Source: Planctomycetota bacterium (GTDB lineage Bacteria > Planctomycetota > Brocadiia > JAADGH01). From it: DNA of 64,000 nt. Of the stretch, positions 49,012 through 57,853 are shown one piece after another. Each line of letters opens with the position of its first letter. The stretch's first letter is position 1. The DNA lies in contig JBFMAD010000003.1 of assembly GCA_040755855.1 (NCBI GenBank), positions 96,001 through 160,000 on the forward strand, in the 5' to 3' direction. The notes below the pieces were generated by a model. It saw only the letters and a program-made list of their open reading frames with translations. It had not been told where the DNA came from and made no database searches. The position numbers and the translations under genes are program-made.

Positions 49012-50055
49012 ATGGCAAAGTATCGTTCGTTGTTGCTGGGCTGCGGCCCGCGGGCCAAGGAACACATCGCCGTCTATCGTGAGATTGACAACATGGAAAT
49101 GGTCGCCGTCTGCGACCTGCGACCGGAGCGCCGCGAGGCCTTTCAGAAGGAGTTCGGCGTCCCGAAGGCCTATGACGACTACGAAAAGGCCCTCGCCGCC
49201 GAGAGGCCGGACGTCGTACACGTCGTCACCCAGCCCGGCCGGCGCGACTGGGAGATGGAGACGGCGGCAAAGGCCGGCGTGAAGGCGGCGATTGTCGAGA
49301 AGCCGATGGCGATCGTCCCGTCGGACATTCAGAAGCTCGAAAAGATTCACAAGAAGTACGGCATCAAGATCATCGTCAACTGCCAGCGCCGCTACTTCCC
49401 GCAGTTCCACGACGGCACGATCCGCGACATCGTCGAGAACAAGATCGGCAAACTCTACCTCGTCCGCGCCAGCGCCAAGGGCAACACAATGGGCATGGGG
49501 CCGCACCTGATGGACCTGCTTATGCTCTTTCTCGCTGAGGCGCAGCCGCAGGCCGTCTGGGCCATGGCCTATGGGATCAAGGAGGAAGGTTACCAACTCA
49601 GCCACCGCGCCCCGGAACACATCCTGGCCGAATACTGGTTCCCGAACGACGTCCGCGTCATCTTTGACTGCGACACCGACGCCCTCGGCACGCCGGGGGA
49701 GGAGTCGTTCTGGATGCACCTGCACTTCGACTTCCTCGGGAGCGAGGGCCGGTTGTATCTGACGCAGAACAAAGGTTATTGGTATCAGTCCCACGGCATG
49801 GCCGAGCCCGTCTGCGGCGAGAGCAGTTGGGACAACCAGGGCTTTGGCGGCCAGCGCGACTTCACCAAGGCCGTGGCCGACTGGCTCGACGGCGGCGAGC
49901 CGCACCTGAACCGCTTCGAGGTCGGCAAGGCGGTCTTCGACGCCCTCATCGCCGCCCAGGCGTCGGTGTACTATGGGAAGAAGATCAACCTGCCCTGCGA
50001 GTTCAGCGACGAACAATGGACGGAGCTGCGGGAGCGACTGAAGAAGATCGGGTAA
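49012..50055 (+). CDS. Gfo/Idh/MocA family oxidoreductase
   Basis: LLGCGPRA..H, VAVCD, VEKPMA, N.QRR, GPHLMD; AAGGAG RBS. Confidence 0.9.
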   Translation: MAKYRSLLLGCGPRAKEHIAVYREIDNMEMVAVCDLRPERREAFQKEFGVPKAYDDYEKALAAERPDVVHVVTQPGRRDWEMETAAKAGVKAAIVEKPMAIVPSDIQKLEKIHKKYGIKIIVNCQRRYFPQFHDGTIRDIVENKIGKLYLVRASAKGNTMGMGPHLMDLLMLFLAEAQPQAVWAMAYGIKEEGYQLSHRAPEHILAEYWFPNDVRVIFDCDTDALGTPGEESFWMHLHFDFLGSEGRLYLTQNKGYWYQSHGMAEPVCGESSWDNQGFGGQRDFTKAVADWLDGGEPHLNRFEVGKAVFDALIAAQASVYYGKKINLPCEFSDEQWTELRERLKKIG

Positions 50056-50072
50056 GTTCGGCAAAAATTGTG

Positions 50073-51455
50073 ATGAATCTCAGATCGCTGGTTGTGGTCT
50101 TGGTCCTGCTGGCTGCTGCCGCTGCGCGCGGCGAGACATACTATGTCAACAACAAGGCCGGCAATGACGAGAACGACGGCCTATCAGCCGAGAAAGCCTT
50201 TGCCACCATTGCCCGTGCGATAAAGACCTGCAAGACATCGGATACGCTTTCCTTGGCGAATACCGGAACGCCGTATCGCGAGCCGATTCCGCTTGCGAAT
50301 CTGGGTGGGACGCCGGCAAAGCCCTTCGTGATCGAAGGGAACGGGGCGGTGATCTCCGGCCTGCGCGAGATTAAGCCGGAGCAGTGGACGAAGAATGGCG
50401 ATGTGTATGAGATCAAGGGGGAGAAGCCCTACGGGTTCCCATCCTTGCTCATTGACGGCAAGGAGACCCCGCCCGGCGACCCGGCCAAGCTCGAACCGGG
50501 CCAGTGGGCCTGGCCGAAGGATCCGGAGAAGAAGACCGCGGGGACGCTCCGGTTCCGTCCCGAAGCGGGCAAGACGCCCGCCGACTACAAGTTAGAGGCC
50601 ACGCTGGAGGTGTCGGGGTTCCGCGTTGCGTCGTCGAGTTACATCGTCGTGAAAGACCTCGTGAGCGAATGGCACTCCAACGACGGCTTCAACATCCACG
50701 GCGACTGCCGAGGCATCTACTGCGAGAACATCGAAGGGCGCTTCAACGGCGACGACGGCTTCAGCATCCACGAGGCGATCGAGGCCGTAGTGCGCAACGG
50801 GCACTTCCACCATAACGGATCGGGCATCGAGGACGTGAACCTGTCGCGGTCGTTCTACTCCGGCCTGCGCGTGCATGACAACCGGCGGCTCGGCGTCCTG
50901 CTTATTGGGGCCTTCCACAGCGCGGTGGACGCGGTGGTGTATGACAACCCCTTCAACTTCAAGCTGACTCCCGGCGCGACGAAGCACCTCGTCGGCGGCG
51001 AGCAAAGCCCGATCCGCGACACGTCGGTCTATCTGCAGAACGTTGTGGCATGGGGCGGAGAGTACGGCGTCCAGGCCACGGGAGGGGCGCGGGCGATGAT
51101 CGTCAACTGCATCTTCGCCGACTCGAAGGTCGGCATCGAGATGACCGGGGAGAGTCGGGTCAACCTGACAAAAAGCATTGTGGCGAATTGCGGCGATGTC
51201 GAGCTTGGCTGCAAGGGCAAGGAGTTTTTCGGCGACTATAACGTCTATTTTCCGGGGCGATTCCTCGTCGGCGCTCAGAAGTTCATGCCGGAGCAATGGG
51301 ATGACTTCCGAAAAGCCGTGGGTTATAACGAGAATTCGCTCCTCCAGGACCCGAAGCTATCGGAGGGCCAACGACTGACAGAGGAATCGCCGAAGGCGAT
51401 CGGAAAGTATTCCATCGGGCCGACGGCATTCTATGTGGGGCAGATGGGGGATTGA
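50073..51455 (+). CDS. Secreted right-handed parallel beta-helix protein
   Basis: Signal peptide; YYVNN..G.D.NDG.S...AFATI, NDGFNIHG, GDDGFSIHE. Confidence 0.82.
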   Translation: MNLRSLVVVLVLLAAAAARGETYYVNNKAGNDENDGLSAEKAFATIARAIKTCKTSDTLSLANTGTPYREPIPLANLGGTPAKPFVIEGNGAVISGLREIKPEQWTKNGDVYEIKGEKPYGFPSLLIDGKETPPGDPAKLEPGQWAWPKDPEKKTAGTLRFRPEAGKTPADYKLEATLEVSGFRVASSSYIVVKDLVSEWHSNDGFNIHGDCRGIYCENIEGRFNGDDGFSIHEAIEAVVRNGHFHHNGSGIEDVNLSRSFYSGLRVHDNRRLGVLLIGAFHSAVDAVVYDNPFNFKLTPGATKHLVGGEQSPIRDTSVYLQNVVAWGGEYGVQATGGARAMIVNCIFADSKVGIEMTGESRVNLTKSIVANCGDVELGCKGKEFFGDYNVYFPGRFLVGAQKFMPEQWDDFRKAVGYNENSLLQDPKLSEGQRLTEESPKAIGKYSIGPTAFYVGQMGD

Positions 51456-51503
51456 GAGATGGAGCTTTGGCGCATGAATTCATTCTGATTGGAGAATTAA
51501 CCA

Positions 51504-51998
51504 ATGGCAGGCTCCAGGAGAGAAAGGCGTGAGAGGGAACGGGAGATGCGCAGGCAGCTCAAGAAGTTTGGAAAGGAGACCATGACCAAACTTGGCGCGG
51601 GGCAAGCAGTTCTCGATCCATGCGGCGAGGTTAAGATGTCGGAGGTCTTGAACGATCTTATTGAGCCGTATCTTCCCCCCGGTGCGGACATAGAGCTTAC
51701 ACGTATGATTGTAACCTTGGGCGCGCTTGCCTGGAACCTGTCCCTCTCTGAAGATGGAGACCATCGGCCGAGATTTCATGAAGCCGGTCAAGAGATCAAG
51801 GCTGAGATCGAAAACCGATTCGGGAACGACATTCAGACGATTCTGAGCGAAATGATTGTCAGAAAGAAGGCGTTGTTTCCTCATCATAGCCGCTACATCG
51901 TGAATTGCGAATTGATAAGGGAGGGGGGAGGACATAAACTTCTCGTGGCGTCCACTCTTTCCTCTAAACAAGGCGAGAAGCACGAACCATCATCGTGA
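51504..51998 (+). CDS. Hypothetical protein
   Basis: 164-aa ORF with GGAG RBS; KMSEVL....EP, AWN.S, RK...FP. Confidence 0.65.
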   Translation: MAGSRRERREREREMRRQLKKFGKETMTKLGAGQAVLDPCGEVKMSEVLNDLIEPYLPPGADIELTRMIVTLGALAWNLSLSEDGDHRPRFHEAGQEIKAEIENRFGNDIQTILSEMIVRKKALFPHHSRYIVNCELIREGGGHKLLVASTLSSKQGEKHEPSS

Positions 51999-52101
51999 TG
52001 CAGCCGTCTTGCGACGGACGGCAAGCCGCAAGGGGGCTTTCGAGTCCGGCTTGAGGAGCTTAACTGCATACTGTATCGTCACTTGTGTCAAAGGATAGGA
52101 C

Positions 52102-53082
52102 ATGCCCAGCGTCGATGCGGATCTGAAATTTGACCCGGCAAAGGTCTGTGATGTCGTCGGGGAATTCCTTCGGGCGTCGCTGGCTCGCCTCGAGGCCGAC
52201 GGTTTTGTGTTGGGGCTGAGCGGCGGCGTGGACTCGGCCGTGGTCGCGGCGCTCGTGTGCAGGACCATCGGTCCCGGTTCGTTGCTCGGGATGATGCTGC
52301 CGGACCTCGACAGCGACCCGCAAAGCGAGACGGATGCGCGGCTCGTGGCGAAGGCATTCGGCTTTGAGGTCCGCAGGCAGAAGACCTGGCCTGCGTTGAA
52401 GAAGCTTGGCGTCTACAATATCTTCTGGCCGATCTATTATCTCCCTCGTTCGCTGAAGCGAAGGATATACGAGCGCGAGCACGCCGCCCGAAACCAGACA
52501 CCGGGCCAGGTCTTCTTAGATACGCGGCTGGGAACCAGGGACAAGGACCTCCGACGCTTCAATGCCTTTCTCCGCGCCAAGGGCCGGATGCGGACGCTGG
52601 CTCTCTACATCCCTGCCGAGCTGGAGAACCGGCTGGTCGTGGGCACCACGAACTACAGCGAGTACATCATCGGATGGTTCACAAAGTGGGGCGACTCCCT
52701 ATCGGACATCTCCCCCATCGTTGATCTTTACAAGACGCAGGTGTGGGAGATGGCGCGGTATCTTGGCGTGCCCGAAAAGATCATCCACAAGCGGCCTTCC
52801 CCCGATCTCGTCGCCGGTTTGTTCGACGAGGACGGCATCGGCATGCCCTATCGCACGCTCGATCTGATCCTTGCCGGCATCAATCGCGGTTTGCCGGATG
52901 CGGAAATCGCGAAACAGGCCGACATGCCCGTGGAGCGCGTCGGCTATGTCTATGAGCTGATCCGCCGATCCCAGCACATGCGGGATATGCCTACCTTCCC
53001 GAACCTGGGCATTGGGAAGCGCATCTACTCCGCGTCCGAGATCGGCACACCCCCGGGACGCGGCGCGGAGGCCGCGGATTAG
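52102..53082 (+). CDS. nadE: NH3-dependent NAD+ synthetase
   Basis: LGLSGGVDSA, VVGTTN.SE...G.FTK.GD, LYKTQV, PSPDL; no glutaminase domain. Confidence 0.93.
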   Translation: MPSVDADLKFDPAKVCDVVGEFLRASLARLEADGFVLGLSGGVDSAVVAALVCRTIGPGSLLGMMLPDLDSDPQSETDARLVAKAFGFEVRRQKTWPALKKLGVYNIFWPIYYLPRSLKRRIYEREHAARNQTPGQVFLDTRLGTRDKDLRRFNAFLRAKGRMRTLALYIPAELENRLVVGTTNYSEYIIGWFTKWGDSLSDISPIVDLYKTQVWEMARYLGVPEKIIHKRPSPDLVAGLFDEDGIGMPYRTLDLILAGINRGLPDAEIAKQADMPVERVGYVYELIRRSQHMRDMPTFPNLGIGKRIYSASEIGTPPGRGAEAAD

Positions 53083-53088
53083 GCGCTG

Positions 53089-54246
53089 CTATTTCTGCTT
53101 CTCCGCCCACTGCTTCTTCATCATCTTCATCTCGTCGTTCAGGACGACCTTCTTCTGCGTGGTATGGGCCTTCTTGTCAATGATCCAGTCGCCGTCCTTC
53201 ACGCGCATCACGGGGCGCCGCTTCTCGACGGGCACAATCCCGAATTTCTTGTGCGGCTCCGTCTGATACCAGTAAGCGACCGACGACACATCGTTCGCCA
53301 GGTGGTTTCCATGCCCGTGCTCAATCGTTGCCTTGATCTCTCGCTTGAAGTGCACGGGGTTTGTCAAGTGAAAGATGTATGAGGTCTGGTATCCCCCGGT
53401 GTTTTGCTCGTAGATCGAACTGCCGTTGAAGAGGAAGGCATTGGGCTGCATGCCCCAGGCTTGGTTGAGGTAGTCCTCGCTGCCGGTGCCGTGCAGGTCG
53501 GGCGGCCACTTGTAGCCGTCCACCCAGATCATGTCGTCGCCCTCGCCCCACCAGGTGCCCTGGAAGTTGGCGACGGACAGATTGCAGCCGATGTAGTGCC
53601 CCCGCCCCTCGGCTTCAAGGATCAGGTAGTTGTTGTCCCAGGCCAGTTTTTCCTTGTTGACGATGTTGGCCTCTGGCGTGTTGACGCGGATCTCATGCGC
53701 CCAGCCGTCGGTAGGATTCTCGCGGCGGAACTGGGCGTGGAGATAGGCCGTGTCCTTGCCAAGCGGCTTGTCGTGTAGCTCGTAGTCTATGTAAAAGTAC
53801 TGGCCGTAAGGCTCTTTACCTTCGTTGGTTACTTCAACCCTCGCCGAGCGATTGAAGGGCATCTGGAGGTAGCAGTTCAGCGCCGCGTTCGCGCCGAAGT
53901 GGTTGTGCCGCCCGCCATGCGCCGAGGCCGTGAAGGGCAGCGACTGGAACGAGTTGACGATGCAATGGCCGAGGCAGAAAAAGTCGCCGAGCGGCGCGAT
54001 AACGCTCGGGTTCTTCTCCCCATCCCAATACATTTTGAGCACCACGTCGCGGTAGGTCCACTGGCCGCCCTGCGTCATCCAGATGTGCGTAATGCAGCCG
54101 GGACCTTTCAGGTCGGCCAAGACCTTCGTCTCTCCGGGGGGAATCCGCCAGCTGTCCGCATTGCGACCGCTCACGTCAAACGACGAAGCCCGAAGCGTTT
54201 TTGCGTTCTGAATTCTTGTCAATGAACTGAGCAATCCAGTGTCCAT
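53089..54246 (-). CDS. DUF2961 / glycoside hydrolase family 172 protein
   Basis: GPG.I.HIW.T, YWDGE..PSV..PLGDFF, MPF, WWGEGD, GTGSEDY, IEHG..N....SVAYWYQ. Confidence 0.92.
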   Translation of the reverse strand: MDTGLLSSLTRIQNAKTLRASSFDVSGRNADSWRIPPGETKVLADLKGPGCITHIWMTQGGQWTYRDVVLKMYWDGEKNPSVIAPLGDFFCLGHCIVNSFQSLPFTASAHGGRHNHFGANAALNCYLQMPFNRSARVEVTNEGKEPYGQYFYIDYELHDKPLGKDTAYLHAQFRRENPTDGWAHEIRVNTPEANIVNKEKLAWDNNYLILEAEGRGHYIGCNLSVANFQGTWWGEGDDMIWVDGYKWPPDLHGTGSEDYLNQAWGMQPNAFLFNGSSIYEQNTGGYQTSYIFHLTNPVHFKREIKATIEHGHGNHLANDVSSVAYWYQTEPHKKFGIVPVEKRRPVMRVKDGDWIIDKKAHTTQKKVVLNDEMKMMKKQWAEKQK

Positions 54247-54311
54247 CTGTTATCCCTCCGATTGCTACCTCTCTTGCCAGCAGGCAGAGCGCTCGCCCTG
54301 CACGTGAATCT

Positions 54312-54343
54312 AATCCGCAATCCGAAATCCGCAATCCCCAATC
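54312..54343. repeat. Heptamer tandem repeat (AATCCGC-type)
   Basis: AATCCGC AATCCGA AATCCGC AATCCCC AATC; same unit near 37168-37196. Confidence 0.7.
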
Positions 54344-54346
54344 GGC

Positions 54347-54868
54347 TCAATCGTCGTCGTCTTCGATTTTCGTCACCTGTCCCGTGTTCGAATTGACTTC
54401 CACTTCCTTAACCGCGCCGTCGGTATAGATGTCCACTTCAAACTTCGGTGTGCCCATCGTGTCTACGAGATCAACGTCAATCACCTGTCCGGGCACTTTT
54501 TCCAGCGCGACCTCCATCGCCTTGGCGAGTGTGATCGTCATCCGGTCCCACTTGTAAAGGCCGAAGCGCACCTCCGACCGGTCCGATTGCTTGACCACTT
54601 CCCCATTCTCACAACCAACGTCCACCGTGTGCCGCCGGCCCATCTTGCAGATGCGCACTTCATAGACCGGGACCCCGGTATCTATTTCGACCTGCATCTC
54701 GTAGGCCACGGCCCCCTCCCCCGCAGCCTTCAGGGCGATCTCGACCGCCTGCATCGGCGTGACCTTCGCGCTCTTCACGGCATTCGCGCACGCTGTGGGA
54801 TTATCGTCGGCAAAGACCACCGTTGCAGTCAAAAACATCGCCAGTATTATCAGACCTCGACCTCTCAT
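54347..54868 (-). CDS. PepSY domain-containing secreted protein (two PepSY repeats)
   Basis: Signal peptide; QAVEIAL...YEV...V....GEV and A.EVAL..VPG.V......FEV.....EV.V...TG.V. Confidence 0.85.
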   Translation of the reverse strand: MRGRGLIILAMFLTATVVFADDNPTACANAVKSAKVTPMQAVEIALKAAGEGAVAYEMQVEIDTGVPVYEVRICKMGRRHTVDVGCENGEVVKQSDRSEVRFGLYKWDRMTITLAKAMEVALEKVPGQVIDVDLVDTMGTPKFEVDIYTDGAVKEVEVNSNTGQVTKIEDDDD

Positions 54869-55695
54869 GATTGCGCCTCCTTCATCGCTTGACTCAAAAC
54901 CTTGTAACAGAACTCCGCCGCCTTGCATGGATCGTAATCGGGCCGATTGGACACCATGCCGCTCACCTCGACCGTGATGAAGTCATCCCACCCGGCCTTG
55001 GCCATGGCCTTGAAGTAGGCCGCGTAGTCGAAGTCCCCCTCGCCCGGAAGCAGGAACTTGACCTTGCCGTTCTCCATGCGGCCGTCCTTCACGTGGGTGT
55101 GCACGGCATGGGGAACGAGCACCGGGACGCACTGGGCGATCGTCATGCCGACGACGGCGAAGTGGCTGATGTCGAAGTTCACCTTGATGTTCGGGTGCTT
55201 CATCCGCTCCATGACCCACACGGCCTTCTCCGGCACATCAAATTGCCCGCCCACATGGGGTTCGATGGCGAACACAACATCAAGATCCTTGCCGATCTTC
55301 GCGTAGTCCTCCAGCCGGCGGACGAGTTCCTCGCGGAACGCCTCCCACGGTCCCTTGCCTCCGCCCATGGTGCTGGTGACGACCGGCTTTCGGCCCGCGG
55401 TCAGGTCAACGGCGAGCTGCGCGGTCTTGCGGAACTCGTCGAGATTCTTCTCGTGAATCCCGGCCTCATCGCCCATGACCTTGAGCAGGAGCATGAGCGA
55501 GGGAACGGCCATGCCGTGTCTCTGCAACACGTTCCGAAGCGTCTCACGGCGCCTCTTGTCCATTTTGCCCGGGTCGGCGCAGAAGCGATCCGTCGCCGTG
55601 ATCTCCAGCCCTTCATATCCGATCTCCGCCAGGCGGGGTACGGCGTCTTCCGGCATGATTCCAGGCAATCCATACGTTCCATAGGCCAGCTTCAT
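54865..55695 (-). CDS. Sugar phosphate isomerase/epimerase family protein
   Basis: IGYEGLE, AIEPH, NFDISH, HTHVKD, PGEG.FDY, TVEVS. Confidence 0.9.
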   Translation of the reverse strand: MKLAYGTYGLPGIMPEDAVPRLAEIGYEGLEITATDRFCADPGKMDKRRRETLRNVLQRHGMAVPSLMLLLKVMGDEAGIHEKNLDEFRKTAQLAVDLTAGRKPVVTSTMGGGKGPWEAFREELVRRLEDYAKIGKDLDVVFAIEPHVGGQFDVPEKAVWVMERMKHPNIKVNFDISHFAVVGMTIAQCVPVLVPHAVHTHVKDGRMENGKVKFLLPGEGDFDYAAYFKAMAKAGWDDFITVEVSGMVSNRPDYDPCKAAEFCYKVLSQAMKEAQS

Positions 55696-55713
55696 GATTG
55701 TTTGTCTCTCCTC

Positions 55714-56712
55714 TCAAGTCCAATCAAAGACAACACCGAGATATTCGTTCTTACGATTCAGCAGACCGTCAAAGGCTTCTTGCGCCTGCTCGGGTTTGAG
55801 AACATGGGTCACCAGGGGTTCCGTCTTGAGGCGGCCATCGGCCATCATGCGAAAGATGATCTCCGCATTCCGCGCCATGGAGTGCTTGGAGAATCCGTCA
55901 GGATAGAGCGGATACCGCCACTCATGCGCTCCTTTCATGACGATGGATCCATGATCGCGCCACAGATGCACGGCGTTTAGCAGAGGCACAATATCCGTCT
56001 CATGCTCTCCTCTGGGCGAGCCGAGCAGGATCACTTCGCCCTGCTTGGCGGTCACCGACGTGGCCAGTTCCATCACCGCCGGATTGCCCGTGGCCTCGAC
56101 GACGTACTCCACCCCATGGCCGTTGGTGAAGTCCATGATCTTTGCTCGGGCGTCTTCGGTCTTCGGGTTGACGGTCTTGTCCAGGCCGCATGCCCGCGCC
56201 GTCTTGAGCCGCGCATCCTCCGCATCGGCCACGATCACATCCACCCCCGAGTGCTTGAGCAGTTGCGCGCAGAAGTTGCCGACCAGCCCCATGCCGGTGA
56301 CGAGGGCGCGGTCGCCCAGTTCGGGGCGTCCCACACGCACCGCCGTGATGGCCACAAGGGCCAGGCCGACCAGCGGCGCATGGCACAGGTTGACTCCATC
56401 GGGGACCTTCACGCACATCTTCGTCGCCTTCGCGTGGCTGATGTGGGTCGAGTGGGTGAACACCCGGTCGCCGGGCCGGAAGTCCTTGACCTGCTTGCCT
56501 ACTTCGATCACCTCCCCCACCGCTCGATTGCCGGGAACGAAGGGGTACTTGACGTCCTGCAGGCCGGTGTACTTGGCCAGTTCCGTTCCGGCGCTCACGA
56601 CGCTGTAGAGCGTGCGGATGAGGACATCCTGCGGCCCGACAGCCAGGTCCCGTTCGACCTCTTCATACACGACCTTTTTGACTTCGGTAAAACATACTTG
56701 TCGAATTTTCAT
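55714..56712 (-). CDS. Zinc-binding dehydrogenase (MDR family)
   Basis: SVVSAGTE, PG...VG.V..VG, GMGLVG, EATG.P; ATG at 56712. Confidence 0.9.
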   Translation of the reverse strand: MKIRQVCFTEVKKVVYEEVERDLAVGPQDVLIRTLYSVVSAGTELAKYTGLQDVKYPFVPGNRAVGEVIEVGKQVKDFRPGDRVFTHSTHISHAKATKMCVKVPDGVNLCHAPLVGLALVAITAVRVGRPELGDRALVTGMGLVGNFCAQLLKHSGVDVIVADAEDARLKTARACGLDKTVNPKTEDARAKIMDFTNGHGVEYVVEATGNPAVMELATSVTAKQGEVILLGSPRGEHETDIVPLLNAVHLWRDHGSIVMKGAHEWRYPLYPDGFSKHSMARNAEIIFRMMADGRLKTEPLVTHVLKPEQAQEAFDGLLNRKNEYLGVVFDWT

Positions 56713-56848
56713 TCTATGCTCTCTGTATTCTATTCCGTCCAATCGGAACGGAATTGTACCACGAACCCATTTCACAGGCAATGGGGAATCCGGCAGGCCG
56801 CAAGGAAAAAGGTCCATAAACTGATTGACAAATAGTCGAAAGAAGACG

Positions 56849-56888
56849 TTGAAATCTCGACTGAAAAGTTGTACAATAATGCTGTACT
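56849..56888 (+). promoter_or_regulatory. TA operon promoter with overlapping YefM-type operator cores
   Basis: TTGAAA-17-TACAAT; TGTACA (56870-56875) and TGTACT (56883-56888) overlap or follow the -10 box. Confidence 0.7.
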
Positions 56889-56913
56889 GGTTTAGGATTT
56901 CAGGAGATGAACA

Positions 56914-57201
56914 GTGGCAATCCATACGACATATTCCAAGGCCCGGGCGGAACTTGCCAAATTGTGCAACAAAGTGTCCGAGGATAAGGAGGTCGTCCTC
57001 ATCAATCGGCGGAACGCAGAGGATGTGGCGCTGATGTCCGCGTCGGAACTTTCGAGCCTGTTGGAGACCGCACACCTGCTGCGGTCACCGCGCAATGCGC
57101 GCCGTTTGCTAACAGCCCTGAATCGCGCCCTTGCGCGGAGGGGAAGGCGGCAAAGCCCAGACAAGCTCAGGAGAGAATTAGGTCTTGATGACGAGCAGTG
57201 A
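56914..57201 (+). CDS. yefM: Phd/YefM family antitoxin
   Basis: TYSKARAELA.L...V......V.I.R, ETAHLLRSP.NA.RL; GGAG RBS. Confidence 0.92.
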   Translation: MAIHTTYSKARAELAKLCNKVSEDKEVVLINRRNAEDVALMSASELSSLLETAHLLRSPRNARRLLTALNRALARRGRRQSPDKLRRELGLDDEQ

Positions 57202-57481
57202 AGGATCGGCCTCTCGCAGGCCCAAGAGAGACGCCGTATTTCACCCGGAATTCCGAGAGGATCTTGCGTATTGGGTGAGAATGGATCGCAAGACCGCCTT
57301 GCGAGCGTTTGACCTCATCGAGGCAATTATGCGCGATCCGTTTCGCGGGATTGGAAAGCCCGAACCGCTGAGATACCTGGCACCAGGCGCATGGTCGAGA
57401 CGCCTCACGCAAGAACATCGAATCGTCTACTATGTCGCCGAAGGCCGCATAGACTTTCTTCAGGCGCGATACCACTACTGA
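57188..57481 (+). CDS. yoeB: Txe/YoeB family mRNA interferase toxin
   Basis: EDL.YW, RDPF.GIGKPEPL, WSRR...EHR.VY, QARYHY; overlaps the antitoxin. Confidence 0.95.
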   Translation: MTSSEGSASRRPKRDAVFHPEFREDLAYWVRMDRKTALRAFDLIEAIMRDPFRGIGKPEPLRYLAPGAWSRRLTQEHRIVYYVAEGRIDFLQARYHY

Positions 57482-57551
57482 AGGTGGAACACCCGTAGGT
57501 GCTCAATATGGCTGCCACTATATGGGATTTCGCATCCTCTTGGAGACGCCG

Positions 57552-57749
57552 ATGCGAACAGTATTGAACATCGAAGATGAACTGATTGAAAAAGCATCAC
57601 TACTGACCGGCGTCAAGGATAAGACGTCCCTGGTGCGGATGGGCTTAGAGTCCCTGATTGCATTGGAAAGCGGCAGGCGGTTGGCGAAACTGGGCGGAAC
57701 GGAGCGAAAGCTGGGATGGATTCCGCGACGACGGATCAGGGGCAAATAG
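57552..57749 (+). CDS. VapB-like (RHH, DUF2191-type) antitoxin, orphan
   Basis: MRTVLNIEDELIEKA..LTG...KT.LV..GL..LI..ES.RRLA.LGG; GGAG RBS; no PIN-toxin ORF follows. Confidence 0.82.
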   Translation: MRTVLNIEDELIEKASLLTGVKDKTSLVRMGLESLIALESGRRLAKLGGTERKLGWIPRRRIRGK

Positions 57750-57853
57750 ACGGTCCCCAGGAGGCAGAAGGGGCTGCTTTCGAATCCTTCGGCATCCGTC
57801 CCGACAACTGGGAAACGGCGATGTAATGCTCAACTTCGTTCCGCAGGTCGGTT

